Shown: positions 30,988 to 40,805 of the stretch, in pieces
How the letters are laid out: every line of letters starts with the position of its first letter
How positions within the stretch are numbered: the stretch's first letter is position 1
Assembly (NCBI GenBank): GCA_947625725.1
Contig: CANQPI010000009.1
Location: 194 to 64,193, forward strand
Direction: 5' to 3'
Length of the DNA stretch: 64,000 nt
From: an uncultured Clostridia bacterium
GTDB taxonomy: Bacteria > Bacillota > Clostridia > Christensenellales > CAG-314
The notes under the pieces: generated by a model
What the model was told of the DNA's origin: nothing
Database searches by the model: none
What the model saw: only the letters and a program-made list of their open reading frames with translations
Position numbers and translations under genes: made by a program

Positions 30988-31914
30988 ATGAAAGTGGTGT
31001 TTTTGGGAACGCCCGATTTCGGCGTGCCTGCGCTATCGGAAATATGTCGGCGACACGATGTGGTCGGGGTGGTATGTCAACCCGACAAGGCGGGCGCGCG
31101 AGGCAAAGTGGAGTTTTCTCCCGTCAAAAAATTTGCCCTTGCTCACGGTTTGCCCATCATGCAGTTCGACAAGATCTCGCGCGACGGCGTGGAAACGCTT
31201 GCCGCTCTGCGCCCCGACATAATGGTGACGGCAGCCTACGGACAAATTTTGTCGCAACAAGTAATCGACGTCGCTCCGCACGGCATAATCAACATACACG
31301 GCTCGCTTTTGCCCAAACTGCGCGGCGCGGCTCCCATTCAGTACACCGTTTGGCAAGGACTTAGCGAAACGGGCGTCACGATACTCAACACTGTGCGACG
31401 TGTGGACGCGGGCGAGATCATTTTGCAAAAACCGTTGCAAATTTTGCCATACGAAACATGCGGACATCTTTTTGAAAGAATGGCTCTGCTGGGCGCGGAA
31501 GCCGTCGTCGAGGCGTTGGATCTGATCGCAAGCGGCAAGGCGACCTACACTCCGCAGGACGAGGAACAAGCGACTTTTTGCTCCAAGATCTCTGCCGAGC
31601 AGGAACAAATAGATTGGAATTTGCCCGCCGAACAGACGATAAACCTTGTGCGCGCGCTCAATCCGTCCCCCGCCGCTTGGACGAGTCTGGGCGGCAAAAG
31701 GCTCAAAATTTTTGCTTTGCGCCCCTGCGACGGTCAGTTTGACGGCGCGGCAGGCGAGGTAGTGCAAACGGGCAAAAAATGCCTCGCGGTGCAGTGCGGC
31801 GACGGCAAAGCGGTTTTTGTCACCGAGTTGCAAGCGGAAAATTCCAAGCGTATGGACATTGCGAGTTTTCTCAACGGACACGTCGTTTCGCTCGGCACGG
31901 TACTAGGCAGATGA
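30988..31914 (+). CDS. fmt: methionyl-tRNA formyltransferase
   Basis: MKVVFLGTPDFGVP.L......H.VV.VV.QPDK; HGSLLP..RGAAPIQ. Confidence 0.95.
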   Translation: MKVVFLGTPDFGVPALSEICRRHDVVGVVCQPDKAGARGKVEFSPVKKFALAHGLPIMQFDKISRDGVETLAALRPDIMVTAAYGQILSQQVIDVAPHGIINIHGSLLPKLRGAAPIQYTVWQGLSETGVTILNTVRRVDAGEIILQKPLQILPYETCGHLFERMALLGAEAVVEALDLIASGKATYTPQDEEQATFCSKISAEQEQIDWNLPAEQTINLVRALNPSPAAWTSLGGKRLKIFALRPCDGQFDGAAGEVVQTGKKCLAVQCGDGKAVFVTELQAENSKRMDIASFLNGHVVSLGTVLGR

Positions 31915-33182
31915 ACACGGCGTTTCTAAAAAGTTATCAAACGTTGCGCGAAGTGTATCAAAACAGAGCGTTTTCTTCCGTCGCGCTGAACAGATCGCTC
32001 AACGTTTGCAAAAATCAAGACAAGGCTCTCGTCACCAAAATAGTCTACGGCGTGTTGGACAACGACGGCAAGTTAAACTACGTCATCTCCCGCTTTGTGC
32101 GCAAAATGCCCAAAGGCGACGCGCTGTTGATCCTCAAAATGGGCGCGTACTGCCTTGCCGAACTTTCCATACCCGTCTACGCGGTGGTAAACGACTTTGC
32201 CGAACTTGCCAAGATCACCGAGGACAAAAGGATAGTGGGCTTTGTCAACGCCACTTTGAAATCCATTGCGCCGCAAATCAAAAATTTCGACGACTATCCC
32301 GACGATCCGATACAAAATCTTGCGCTTAGCCGTTCGTATCCCGAGTGGGCGGTGCGCAAACTTGTCAAAGACTACGGTTTCGACGTCGCTCGGCAAATCG
32401 TGAGTTACGATCCGCCAAGGTTGACGACCGTTCGTTTGCACGGTATTGCCCCTGCGGAATTTGCTCGCCGTTTTGCAACGGAAGTACAGCCGACAATTTT
32501 TGACGACGCCGTTTTTGTCAAAGGCGTGCCGCACGACGGTTCTGTATGCACGGCGCAAAGCCTTTCTTCCATGGCGATAGCGCGTATTTGCGCCGCGATC
32601 ACTCCTCGACAGGGCAAATTTTTGGATTGTTGCGCCGCTCCGGGCGGCAAGTCGGTCTATTTCAAACAACTTTCTCCTGCGGCGGAGGCGACGGCTTGCG
32701 ACGTTCACCCGCACCGCGTGGAACTCATTCAAAGTTACGCTCGGCGAATGGACGTGCAACTTGCAACTTACTGCCGCGATATGACCCAACCCGCAAGCGA
32801 GTGGAACGGCGCGTTCGATACCGTCTTGTGCGACGTGCCTTGCAGCGGTTTCGGAGTGTTGGATACCCGTCCCGACATCAAACTTTTCCGCGAAAACAAG
32901 GATATATCCGAACTTATGAAATTGCAGTATGCCATTTTGAACAATTGCTGTGAGTTTGTCAAGGCGGGCGGCAGTTTGGTGTACTCGACTTGTACGCTTT
33001 TCGACAACGAAAACGGTCAAAATGTGCGCAAATTCCTCAAAAATCATTCGGATTTTGACTACGGCAGGATAATTTTGCCCCAAATAGCGGCGGCGGACGG
33101 CAAAGGCTTTTACCAATTTTTGCCTCACGCAGACGGCATGCAGGGCTTTTACGTCGCGGTACTTACGCGGAGGGGATCATGA
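31911..33182 (+). CDS. rsmB: 16S rRNA (cytosine967-C5)-methyltransferase RsmB
   Basis: The start MNTAFLKSY overlaps the fmt stop (ATGA). NusB-like N-terminal domain, then DCCAAPGGKS and DVPCSG motifs. The track start at 31779 lies inside fmt. Confidence 0.9.
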   Translation: MNTAFLKSYQTLREVYQNRAFSSVALNRSLNVCKNQDKALVTKIVYGVLDNDGKLNYVISRFVRKMPKGDALLILKMGAYCLAELSIPVYAVVNDFAELAKITEDKRIVGFVNATLKSIAPQIKNFDDYPDDPIQNLALSRSYPEWAVRKLVKDYGFDVARQIVSYDPPRLTTVRLHGIAPAEFARRFATEVQPTIFDDAVFVKGVPHDGSVCTAQSLSSMAIARICAAITPRQGKFLDCCAAPGGKSVYFKQLSPAAEATACDVHPHRVELIQSYARRMDVQLATYCRDMTQPASEWNGAFDTVLCDVPCSGFGVLDTRPDIKLFRENKDISELMKLQYAILNNCCEFVKAGGSLVYSTCTLFDNENGQNVRKFLKNHSDFDYGRIILPQIAAADGKGFYQFLPHADGMQGFYVAVLTRRGS

Positions 33183-34222
33183 ATATTTTGCAGGATATGA
33201 CAAAGTCGGAGTTGATGGAATTTATCACGGCAAATTACGGCGTAAAACCCTTTGTCGCGGGACAAATTTTCGGTTGGCTCAACAAATCCGCGGATTTCGA
33301 CGGAATGACGAACGTTCCCAAAACCTTGCGCGACGCTCTCCGAAAGGATTGCGTGGCGGTCGCCGCCAAAATAGTCAAAACGCTCTCCTCGGAACAGGAC
33401 GGCACGCAAAAATTTTTGTTCGAACTCTGCGACGGAAATTTGGTAGAGGGCGTGCTTATGCGTTACAAGTACGGCAACACATTGTGCGTTTCGTCGCAGG
33501 TCGGCTGTCGAATGGGGTGCAAATTTTGCGCCAGCACTTTGGACGGCTTGGTGCGCAATCTGTCCGCGGGCGAAATCCTTTCGCAGGTGCTGTCGGTAAA
33601 CGCGCTGGGACAGGGCAAGGAGCGTTACGTCACCAACGTGGTGCTTATGGGTAGCGGCGAACCGTTGGATAACTTTGACAACGTAGTCAAATTTCTCCGT
33701 TTGCTCTCCGACCCCGACGGGCTGAACGTTTCGTTGCGCAACGTTTCGCTGTCCACGTGCGGCATTGTTCCCAATATCGTAAGGCTGGCGGATATGAACT
33801 TGCCCGTCAATTTGACGCTTAGTTTGCACAACCCGTTCAACGACCAACGCAAACAAATCATGCCCGTCGGCAACGCCTACTCGGTGGAACAGGCGGTGGA
33901 CGCGTGCAGATATTTTTTCGAAAAGACGGGGCGGCGCATAATTGTCGAATACACGCTTATCGACGGGCAAAACGACAGTTACGCTCACGCGCTCAAACTC
34001 GCGTCCCTTTTGCGCGGGTTGTCCGTTCACGTCAACGTGATCTCGCTCAATCCCGTCAAGGAAACGGGACTGCGCGGCACAAGCGAAACAAATCTCAAAC
34101 GTTTTTTGCAATATTTGGACAAACTCGGCTTATCCGCCACGCGCCGCCGCACAATGGGGCAGGATATAGAGGGCGCATGCGGACAACTTCGAAGAAGGTA
34201 TATGAACGACAATGGTAACTAA
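33179..34222 (+). CDS. rlmN: 23S rRNA/tRNA (adenine2503-C2)-methyltransferase RlmN (radical SAM)
   Basis: VSSQVGCRMGCKFCAS, GSGEPLDN and a C-terminal ACGQL motif. Confidence 0.93.
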   Translation: MNILQDMTKSELMEFITANYGVKPFVAGQIFGWLNKSADFDGMTNVPKTLRDALRKDCVAVAAKIVKTLSSEQDGTQKFLFELCDGNLVEGVLMRYKYGNTLCVSSQVGCRMGCKFCASTLDGLVRNLSAGEILSQVLSVNALGQGKERYVTNVVLMGSGEPLDNFDNVVKFLRLLSDPDGLNVSLRNVSLSTCGIVPNIVRLADMNLPVNLTLSLHNPFNDQRKQIMPVGNAYSVEQAVDACRYFFEKTGRRIIVEYTLIDGQNDSYAHALKLASLLRGLSVHVNVISLNPVKETGLRGTSETNLKRFLQYLDKLGLSATRRRTMGQDIEGACGQLRRRYMNDNGN

Positions 34223-35090
34223 ACGGGGAATCGTTGTAAAAAGCGTCGGCGGCGTGTTTACCGTAGCGGACGATCTCGGGCAAAAATACGTGTGTTTTGC
34301 CCCGAAAAAACTGCGCTACAACGAATTGGACGTGATCGTCGGCGACAAAGTGTCTTTTCAAGATCTTCGCCGCGGCAAAGGGGTCGTGACGGAGGTGCAA
34401 CCGCGCCGCAACAAACTTGTCCGTCCCGAAATAGCCAACGTGGACGTGTGTTTTGTAGTGATCGCGCCCCAACCTCAACCCGATTTTTACCTCTGCGACA
34501 AGGTGATGATAAACTGTTTTCAGGAGCATATCGAGCCTGTGGTGGTGGTAAACAAGTGCGATTTGTCTTTGGATACCGCGCGCGAAGCCGTTTGCAACTA
34601 CGGCAAAATAGCCGACGTCGTTACCCTGAGCGCGTTGGACGACAGCGTAAATCAGTTGACAAAATACCTGAAAGGGGGCAAAACGGGCTGTTTTGCGGGG
34701 CAGTCGGCTGTGGGCAAAACTTCCATACTCAACGCGCTTTTGCCCGAGGCGCAGGGCGAAACGGGCGGCATTTCCGTCAAATCGGGCAGGGGCGTGCATA
34801 CCACGCGACACAGTTCTCTGCACCGCGTGGCGGACGGCTACGTCGTGGATACGTGCGGCTTTTCGCTGTGCGAGTTGCAAAACATACGTTCCGACGAACT
34901 TCGGCTGTATCTCGACGATTTTGTGGACGTGGCGCGCGGTTGCAAATATACGTCCTGTACGCACACGGTCGAGCCCGATTGCGCCGTCAAACTCGCGGCG
35001 GAAAGGGGCGAATTGTTCAAACCGCGCTACGACAGGTACGTAGAGGAGTTTGCCGAACTTAGACAACAGGAAGAAAACAAATACAGATAA
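34212..35090 (+). CDS. rsgA: ribosome small-subunit-dependent GTPase A
   Basis: VVNK.DL, GQS.VGKTS..NAL, and Zn motif C.....C.H..EP.C.V. The start overlaps the rlmN 3-prime end by 11 nt. Confidence 0.9.
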   Translation: MVTKRGIVVKSVGGVFTVADDLGQKYVCFAPKKLRYNELDVIVGDKVSFQDLRRGKGVVTEVQPRRNKLVRPEIANVDVCFVVIAPQPQPDFYLCDKVMINCFQEHIEPVVVVNKCDLSLDTAREAVCNYGKIADVVTLSALDDSVNQLTKYLKGGKTGCFAGQSAVGKTSILNALLPEAQGETGGISVKSGRGVHTTRHSSLHRVADGYVVDTCGFSLCELQNIRSDELRLYLDDFVDVARGCKYTSCTHTVEPDCAVKLAAERGELFKPRYDRYVEEFAELRQQEENKYR

Positions 35091-35214
35091 CGCAAAAAAA
35101 ATTTTGTCGGTAGCACGAATATCCGACCGACAGGCGGTGCGGCGTTGCCGCTTGCCCGCTGTCGTCAACTTTGTGCCGATACAAAACCGATATGTCAACA
35201 ACAGAGAGGTCAAC

Positions 35215-35865
35215 ATGAGAAAAATTTTTGTCAGCCCTTCGATACTTTCCGCCGACTTCGCGCGTTTGGAACAGGAGTGCAAATCGCTGGAAAAATGCGG
35301 CGCGGATTGGATACATTGCGACGTTATGGACGGCAATTTTGTGCCTAACATCACGTTCGGCATGCCGATAGTGAGGAGTATCCGTCGTTGCGTGGTACTG
35401 CCGTTGGACGTTCACCTGATGATCGAACGTCCCGAGCGTTACGTCAGACAGTTTGCGGAAGCGGGCGCAGACTTGATCACGATACACGTCGAGGCAACGG
35501 ATAACGTTGCGGAAACGCTCGAACTCGTGCGCGCCTGCGGCAAAAAGGCGGGCATTTGCGTCAAGCCGAACACTCCCGTGGAGGAGTTGATACCCTATCG
35601 CGGGCTGTTCGATATGGTGTTGATAATGTCTGTCGAACCGGGCTTCGGCGGACAAAAATTTCTGCCCTCCGCAGTGGAAAAAATACGTTCTGCCAAGCAA
35701 CTTTTTCCCGACGCGCTGTTGGAAGTGGACGGCGGCATAAACCGCGACACGGCAAAACTCGTCATAGACGCGGGTGTGGACGTGATAGTCGCGGGCAACG
35801 CGATAATGAACGTTTCCGATCGCAAGCAGGCAATGGATCAAATTCGCGGCAATGTTACCTTATAG
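35215..35865 (+). CDS. rpe: ribulose-phosphate 3-epimerase
   Basis: SPSILSADFARL......L...GADWIHCDVMDG.FVPNITFG; MSV.PGFGGQKF. RBS AGAGAGG. The track start at 35050 lies inside rsgA. Confidence 0.93.
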   Translation: MRKIFVSPSILSADFARLEQECKSLEKCGADWIHCDVMDGNFVPNITFGMPIVRSIRRCVVLPLDVHLMIERPERYVRQFAEAGADLITIHVEATDNVAETLELVRACGKKAGICVKPNTPVEELIPYRGLFDMVLIMSVEPGFGGQKFLPSAVEKIRSAKQLFPDALLEVDGGINRDTAKLVIDAGVDVIVAGNAIMNVSDRKQAMDQIRGNVTL

Positions 35866-36082
35866 TTTTTTCTGCCCCGAGCCGCAATCGAACAGTCAAT
35901 TTGCAAACTGTTTGTAACGTTACCCGTTTTTGCCGCATATAATGTACAAAAACAGTGGGGGAATGTATGAAAAGCAGAATTTATTGTTTCAAGTTGCCGC
36001 GTTTTTTGGGAAACATTTTGCGCTTGCTCTTGGGCAAAGCGGCGATAGGAAAAAAATAATATATCAGGTTTTCTATGATAAT

Positions 36083-36111
36083 AAAGGCTGTCGCACAAGG
36101 CGACAGCCTTT
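36083..36111. terminator. bidirectional intrinsic terminator (AAAGGCTGTCGC / GCGACAGCCTTT)
   Basis: 12-bp perfect stem flanked by an A-run and a T-run, between rpe (+) and the XRE gene (-). Confidence 0.6.
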
Positions 36112-36192
36112 ATTTGCAAATATTTATATATTGAAAATGTTATTTGACTGTACACAACACAAATTTATGGCATCAATGCGGCGTATTTTGAT

Positions 36193-36411
36193 TTAATTTT
36201 CCAAACCCAATAGATAATCTACGCTTTCGTCGAAAAATCGAGCCATATCGGCAAGCAAGGAAAGAGGTGGCTCGCGCTGCCCCTTTTCATAATGTAAGTA
36301 TGTCACGCTGTGAATTTTCAATGCGGTGGCAACTTCTTTTTGCGTAAGACCGCGTTCTTCGCGTAATTCTTTCAATCTTTTACTTAACAAAATTTCCATA
36401 CTACTTGACAT
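36193..36411 (-). CDS. XRE-family helix-turn-helix transcriptional regulator
   Basis: LSKRLKELREERGLTQKEVA..L......YL.YEKG.REP.L..L...A.FF..S.DYLLG. The start is uncertain (ATG at 36411 or 36399). Lies in an AT-rich islet. Confidence 0.75.
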   Translation of the reverse strand: MSSSMEILLSKRLKELREERGLTQKEVATALKIHSVTYLHYEKGQREPPLSLLADMARFFDESVDYLLGLEN

Positions 36412-36460
36412 ATTACCATTTTGGTAGTAAAATAATACACAACTACCAAATTGGTAGCAA
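36405..36460. promoter_or_regulatory. overlapping divergent promoters with two palindromic operators
   Basis: The + promoter is TTGACA(36405-10)-17-TAAAAT(36428-33), with palindrome TACCA-TTT-TGGTA (36414-26) in its spacer. The - promoter is TTGCTA(36460-55)-17-TATTAT(36437-32), with palindrome CTACCA-AAT-TGGTAG (36443-57) in its spacer. Operator centres are 30 bp apart and the -10 boxes overlap. Confidence 0.5.
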
Positions 36461-36485
36461 ACAAACATAATGGAGGAAAAATTTT

Positions 36486-37064
36486 ATGAGGCGCAAAAGG
36501 TTAGTTTTTATTGTATTGGCAATGGTAACAATGATACTTTGTTGTACTTGTCTGAGCGCATGCAAAAAATGTGAGCAACACGTAGGAGTTGGCGAGTGTA
36601 CAGAGTGTGGTGCAGATTATTTTACTTTACTCAAAAAACATTGCATTAAACATGGAAAGTATAAATCAGGTACGTATTCTATAACATACTTTCCACAAGA
36701 GTCATCAACAGATACGGTTTTCTTGTTGGCTTATGATATATCGAGTGATGTAATCTCTATGTTTCTTCAATACAAAAATTCAGACATAATGATCGATATG
36801 GATGAGATTGATGGAGTATATAATTATTTATGCACATCCACATCCGGCGGATCTGAGAATACTATGAAAGGAACGCTAAATGGTTCGACTTTGCACCAAC
36901 TTTCCGCGTTGCCATATACTTATTCGAGTGCAAGCAGTTATTTAAATTCGGCTCTGGCAAAACTTGCATGTTCATTAGCGCAACTTCTTGTTCCATCCGC
37001 AGACTTGTATTTCATAGAAAACGACATGCCAATCAGATGCGTCAACTTGGGTTTTGCCGAGTAA
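36486..37064 (+). CDS. putative lipoprotein of unknown function
   Basis: Signal peptide MRRKRLVFIVLAMVTMILCCTCLSAC with a lipobox-like L-S-A-C, then a CxxC..C..C cluster. RBS GGAGG. AT-rich codon usage relative to its neighbours. Confidence 0.6.
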   Translation: MRRKRLVFIVLAMVTMILCCTCLSACKKCEQHVGVGECTECGADYFTLLKKHCIKHGKYKSGTYSITYFPQESSTDTVFLLAYDISSDVISMFLQYKNSDIMIDMDEIDGVYNYLCTSTSGGSENTMKGTLNGSTLHQLSALPYTYSSASSYLNSALAKLACSLAQLLVPSADLYFIENDMPIRCVNLGFAE

Positions 37065-37092
37065 TATAATAAAACTTGGCTTGTAATAAAAT

Positions 37093-37121
37093 TAGGGGAC
37101 TGCCAATACTGCGGTCCCCTA
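37093..37121. terminator. hairpin TAGGGGAC / GTCCCCTA between convergent genes
   Basis: 8-bp GC-rich stem with a 13-nt loop, between the lipoprotein gene (+) and the PAP2 gene (-). Confidence 0.5.
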
Positions 37122-37177
37122 GTTGTTTAACATACCTGTTAAATTGAGTTTAATATTTTTAATAGTCGTAAAAATTT

Positions 37178-38197
37178 TCAGATATTCGCTTGTTCTTCTT
37201 TGTCCGTTATCGTCTGTTCGGCGGTTACGGCGCAATTTTCCTGCTCTTTCGATTTGATCCAACCCCATTTGCGCCACAGTTTGTCCGTTTGAGCAAACAG
37301 CAGAGGATACACGCCTATATCTACAAAGGTCACTACGGCGTAGCGCAACACGCGGAAAATTCTCTCGAACCACACGTTTGAGTTGTAGTCGGGGTAAATT
37401 GCGCCCACGATCAATTTGAGCAATTCGTTCATTCCCAAAAACAGTCCGCCGCCCGCCGCAACGCGCAGTATCACTCGCCACCAAACTTTGGTATTGTCAA
37501 ACTTGGTAACGCGTTTTTCAAACACGACTCCGCATACAAAACCGATCAACAGTCCGTATGCGGTGTAAAAGTCGCTTGTGGTGCAGTAGAAAAATCCCGC
37601 AAGCCCGATAGCGAGCATACCGATATATATCCAAAGTTTGTTGTCGATCACGCGGAACAGCCAATTTATCAAAAACACCAACGCCACGCCGAGAGCCAAC
37701 CCGCAAATTACGTCGCTGGGGTAGTGCGCGCCGAGGTACGTCCGCGACAACGCCACGAGTACGGGCAACACGACGGCAACGGCAATGAGCCACTTTTGTT
37801 TGCCTTTGTACGCGACGGCTGCGCCCACGTAGGTAGACGCCGAACCGGACGAGTGTCCCGAGGGAAACGAGTAGCCGCTTACATCTCTGAAATTTTGTAT
37901 CCCCGCGTTGCTGTCAAAGGGTCGCGTGCGCCTGACTATGTTTTTGATGAGCGGATTTACCAATGTTGCGGCGATCATGGTAAAGCCCAACTGTTCGCCG
38001 CGACGTTTGTCCAAAGCCCAATACACCAAGCCGACTACCGCGACCAAAATCGTTTCCTCGCCCAGCATAGAAATGAAGTTCATCAGATAGTACAAAAAAC
38101 TTCCCTTCCCGGCAAGGCTCTGAAACCACAAAATAAATTCGTTTTCGCCCGGAATGGACCAGGTATAGCCGATAGCGGCGCAAAGCAAATCAAACAT
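37178..38197 (-). CDS. PAP2-family phosphatase fused to extra transmembrane segments
   Basis: K....RTRP, PSGHS and SR.YLGAHYPSDV motifs (PAP2 signature as recalled). 339 aa and hydrophobic. RBS AAGAGGAAA. Confidence 0.85.
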   Translation of the reverse strand: MFDLLCAAIGYTWSIPGENEFILWFQSLAGKGSFLYYLMNFISMLGEETILVAVVGLVYWALDKRRGEQLGFTMIAATLVNPLIKNIVRRTRPFDSNAGIQNFRDVSGYSFPSGHSSGSASTYVGAAVAYKGKQKWLIAVAVVLPVLVALSRTYLGAHYPSDVICGLALGVALVFLINWLFRVIDNKLWIYIGMLAIGLAGFFYCTTSDFYTAYGLLIGFVCGVVFEKRVTKFDNTKVWWRVILRVAAGGGLFLGMNELLKLIVGAIYPDYNSNVWFERIFRVLRYAVVTFVDIGVYPLLFAQTDKLWRKWGWIKSKEQENCAVTAEQTITDKEEQANI

Positions 38198-38283
38198 ACA
38201 TTTTCCTCTTTACGGTAATTGTTGCGCACAAAAGGTCGCAAAGCAATTGTAGCACATTTTTCATATTGATTCAACCCGAACGC

Positions 38284-38313
38284 AAAAAAAACCTCACCCG
38301 ATAGCGGTGAGGC
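38284..38313 (-). terminator. intrinsic terminator of rpmB
   Basis: On the minus strand: CCTCACC-GCTATCG-GGTGAGG followed by T8. Confidence 0.7.
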
Positions 38314-38322
38314 AAATTTCGT

Positions 38323-38511
38323 TTAGCGTTGTTCTTTGTTGGCTGTTCTGATGCAACGGGTGCAAACGTATTCGGTGGATTCCTTTCCGTCGATTTCCAC
38401 CTTTACCTTTTGCAAATTGGCACTGTACGTTTTGGGAGTTCTTCTGTTAGAGTGAGAAACTTTGTTGCCGGACATTTTGCCTTTTCCGCATATAGCGCAT
38501 ACCTTGGACAT
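38323..38511 (-). CDS. rpmB: 50S ribosomal protein L28
   Basis: MSKVCAICGKGKMSGNKVSHSNRRTPKTYSANLQKVKV. Strong RBS GGAGGTG precedes the ATG at 38511. The track ORF is extended upstream. Confidence 0.93.
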   Translation of the reverse strand: MSKVCAICGKGKMSGNKVSHSNRRTPKTYSANLQKVKVEIDGKESTEYVCTRCIRTANKEQR

Positions 38512-38738
38512 ATCTACACCTCCGTGGGTCGAAAAATTGTGCTTGTTTTCACGCTTAAATATAATATCAAATTTGAGTGATTTTGGCAAGTAATTGACGC
38601 ATCTTTTTTCAATTTGACTCTTACAAAGTTACAAAATTTGTATTTTGCGACTATTAAATACAAAATTGACCGTGAAACACTTGTGAAATAATAATTTTTT
38701 TGGTAAAATATTATCAATATACAGTGGAGGAATTTTCA

Positions 38739-39089
38739 ATGGCATTGCGTACAAGAAATTCGTACGGATTGATCACGGTATCCGACGACGTAATAGCGTC
38801 CCTCGCAGGGCATCTTGCGACGGAGTGTTACGGCGTGGTGGAAATAGTGCCTTTTGGTTTCTCCGATTCTTTTACCGACCTTTTCAAGCGCAACGGCAAA
38901 AGCCGCGGAGTCAGAGTTTCTACCAAGGGCGACCGAATTTTCGTCGATCTGTATGTAAAAATAAAATACGGACTTCCCGTTTCCGCAGTTTCGTCAAGTT
39001 TGAAGAACACGGTAAAATACGGCTTGGAACGCTTTACGGGTATGATAGTCGATTCTATCGACGTACACGTTGTAGGCGTCAAGTTGTAA
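38739..39089 (+). CDS. Asp23/Gls24 family envelope stress protein
   Basis: GLITVSDDVIASLAGHLATECYGVV; RBS GGAGG. Conserved position before yloV. Confidence 0.85.
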   Translation: MALRTRNSYGLITVSDDVIASLAGHLATECYGVVEIVPFGFSDSFTDLFKRNGKSRGVRVSTKGDRIFVDLYVKIKYGLPVSAVSSSLKNTVKYGLERFTGMIVDSIDVHVVGVKL

Positions 39090-39122
39090 CAAATTTTTAC
39101 GAAATCGCGAGGATAACATAAA

Positions 39123-40805
39123 ATGGCTGCTGCTCATACAATCAAAACTCACATCACGCCTTCCGTGATGAAACGCATGTTTATCGCCGGCGGAAAAATG
39201 CTGGAAGTAAACAAAGCGCAAGTAGACGCACTGAACGTCTTTCCCGTTCCCGACGGCGACACGGGAACAAATATGTCTTTGACAATGATGTCCGCCGTCA
39301 AGGAGATCAATTCCGCAAACAGCACGTCTATGTCGGAACTTGCGGAAAAACTCAGCAAAGGCGCGCTTCGCGGTGCGCGCGGCAATTCGGGCGTAATACT
39401 TTCTCAAATTCTCAAAGGTTTTTCAAATATCATAACTCAAAACGACGAGTGCGACGCGCGCACTTTTGCCAAAGGACTGCGCGAGGGCGCGGAACTTGCA
39501 TATCGCGCGGTATCCAAACCCAAGGAAGGCACGATCTTGACGGTCGTTCGTTCCATGGCGGAGGAGGCGATCGACACCGCCAAGCGCAGCGGCGACATTC
39601 AAAAGTTGCTGAACGCTGTGTTGGAAAAGGGCGAAGAAACCCTTGCCAAAACTCCCGATATGTTGGACGTGCTCAAACGCGCGGGCGTGGTGGACAGCGG
39701 CGGTTACGGACTTATCACCCTGTTCAAAGGGTTGATAATGGGCTACCTCGACCAGGAGATCACGGGCGCGGAGGAGTACGCCGAGCCTGAAAGCAACAAC
39801 AAACCCGTATCTATCGATTCGGCTTTCCCCGACGACAGCGAACTCGTAGTGGACTACGAATCTTTGGGCGAGTTGGATTTCGGCTACTGCACGGAGTTTT
39901 TCATCACCAACATAAAAAAGCGCACAACGGTTACGGATATTGACAAATTGAGAGAGTATCTCAACGAGATAGGCAACTCCGTTATATGTATCGGCGACCT
40001 CAATTTGGTAAAGGTGCATGTACATACAAACAACCCCGGCAAAGCGCTCACCAAGGCGCTCACCCTCGGCGAGTTGGACAAGATAAAGATCGAAAACATG
40101 ATGGAGCAAAACAGAAAGTTGCGCGCCCGTTACGAAGCGGAACGCAAGCCTATCGGTTTGCTTGCAGTGTGTTCGGGCGACGGTTTCGCCGCGATTTTCA
40201 AGGATCTTCTCGTCGATCAGGTGATAGAGGGCGGTCAGACAATGAACCCCTCCGCCGAGGACATAGCCTCCGCCGCGCGCAAAATCAACGCGGAAAATAT
40301 CATAATTTTGCCTAACAACAAAAATATCATTTTGTCCGCAGAGCAATCGAGAACGTTGGTGCAAAACCGCAACATCTTTGTGTTGCAAACAAAGGATATT
40401 CCGCAGGGACTTGCGGCGGTACTCAATTTCAGTCCCGACCTCAGCCTGTCCGAAAACCTCGAAAATATGACCGCGGGCTTTGTGGATATCGACGCGGGAC
40501 AAGTTACCTACGCCGTTCGCGACACCGTGATAGACAAGTTCAAGATAAAGAAAGGCGACATTATCGGTTTGGACAAGGGCAGTATCGTCACCAGCGGCAA
40601 GGACGTAGAGGCGGTCACGACCAAGTTGATAGAAGGAATGTTGACCGAGGACAAGGAAGTGGTTACTTTGTACTACGGACAGGACGTTCCCGAAGAAAAA
40701 GCCGAGGCTTTTGCGGAAAAACTGCAAAACAAACACCCCGACATCGAATTTATTCTTCACTACGGCGGTCAACCGTTGTACTACTACGTGCTGAGCGTGG
40801 AGTAA
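39123..40805 (+). CDS. yloV: DAK2 domain fusion protein YloV
   Basis: LNVFPVPDGDTGTNM..T, RGARGNSGVILSQ, 560 aa. Confidence 0.9.
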   Translation: MAAAHTIKTHITPSVMKRMFIAGGKMLEVNKAQVDALNVFPVPDGDTGTNMSLTMMSAVKEINSANSTSMSELAEKLSKGALRGARGNSGVILSQILKGFSNIITQNDECDARTFAKGLREGAELAYRAVSKPKEGTILTVVRSMAEEAIDTAKRSGDIQKLLNAVLEKGEETLAKTPDMLDVLKRAGVVDSGGYGLITLFKGLIMGYLDQEITGAEEYAEPESNNKPVSIDSAFPDDSELVVDYESLGELDFGYCTEFFITNIKKRTTVTDIDKLREYLNEIGNSVICIGDLNLVKVHVHTNNPGKALTKALTLGELDKIKIENMMEQNRKLRARYEAERKPIGLLAVCSGDGFAAIFKDLLVDQVIEGGQTMNPSAEDIASAARKINAENIIILPNNKNIILSAEQSRTLVQNRNIFVLQTKDIPQGLAAVLNFSPDLSLSENLENMTAGFVDIDAGQVTYAVRDTVIDKFKIKKGDIIGLDKGSIVTSGKDVEAVTTKLIEGMLTEDKEVVTLYYGQDVPEEKAEAFAEKLQNKHPDIEFILHYGGQPLYYYVLSVE

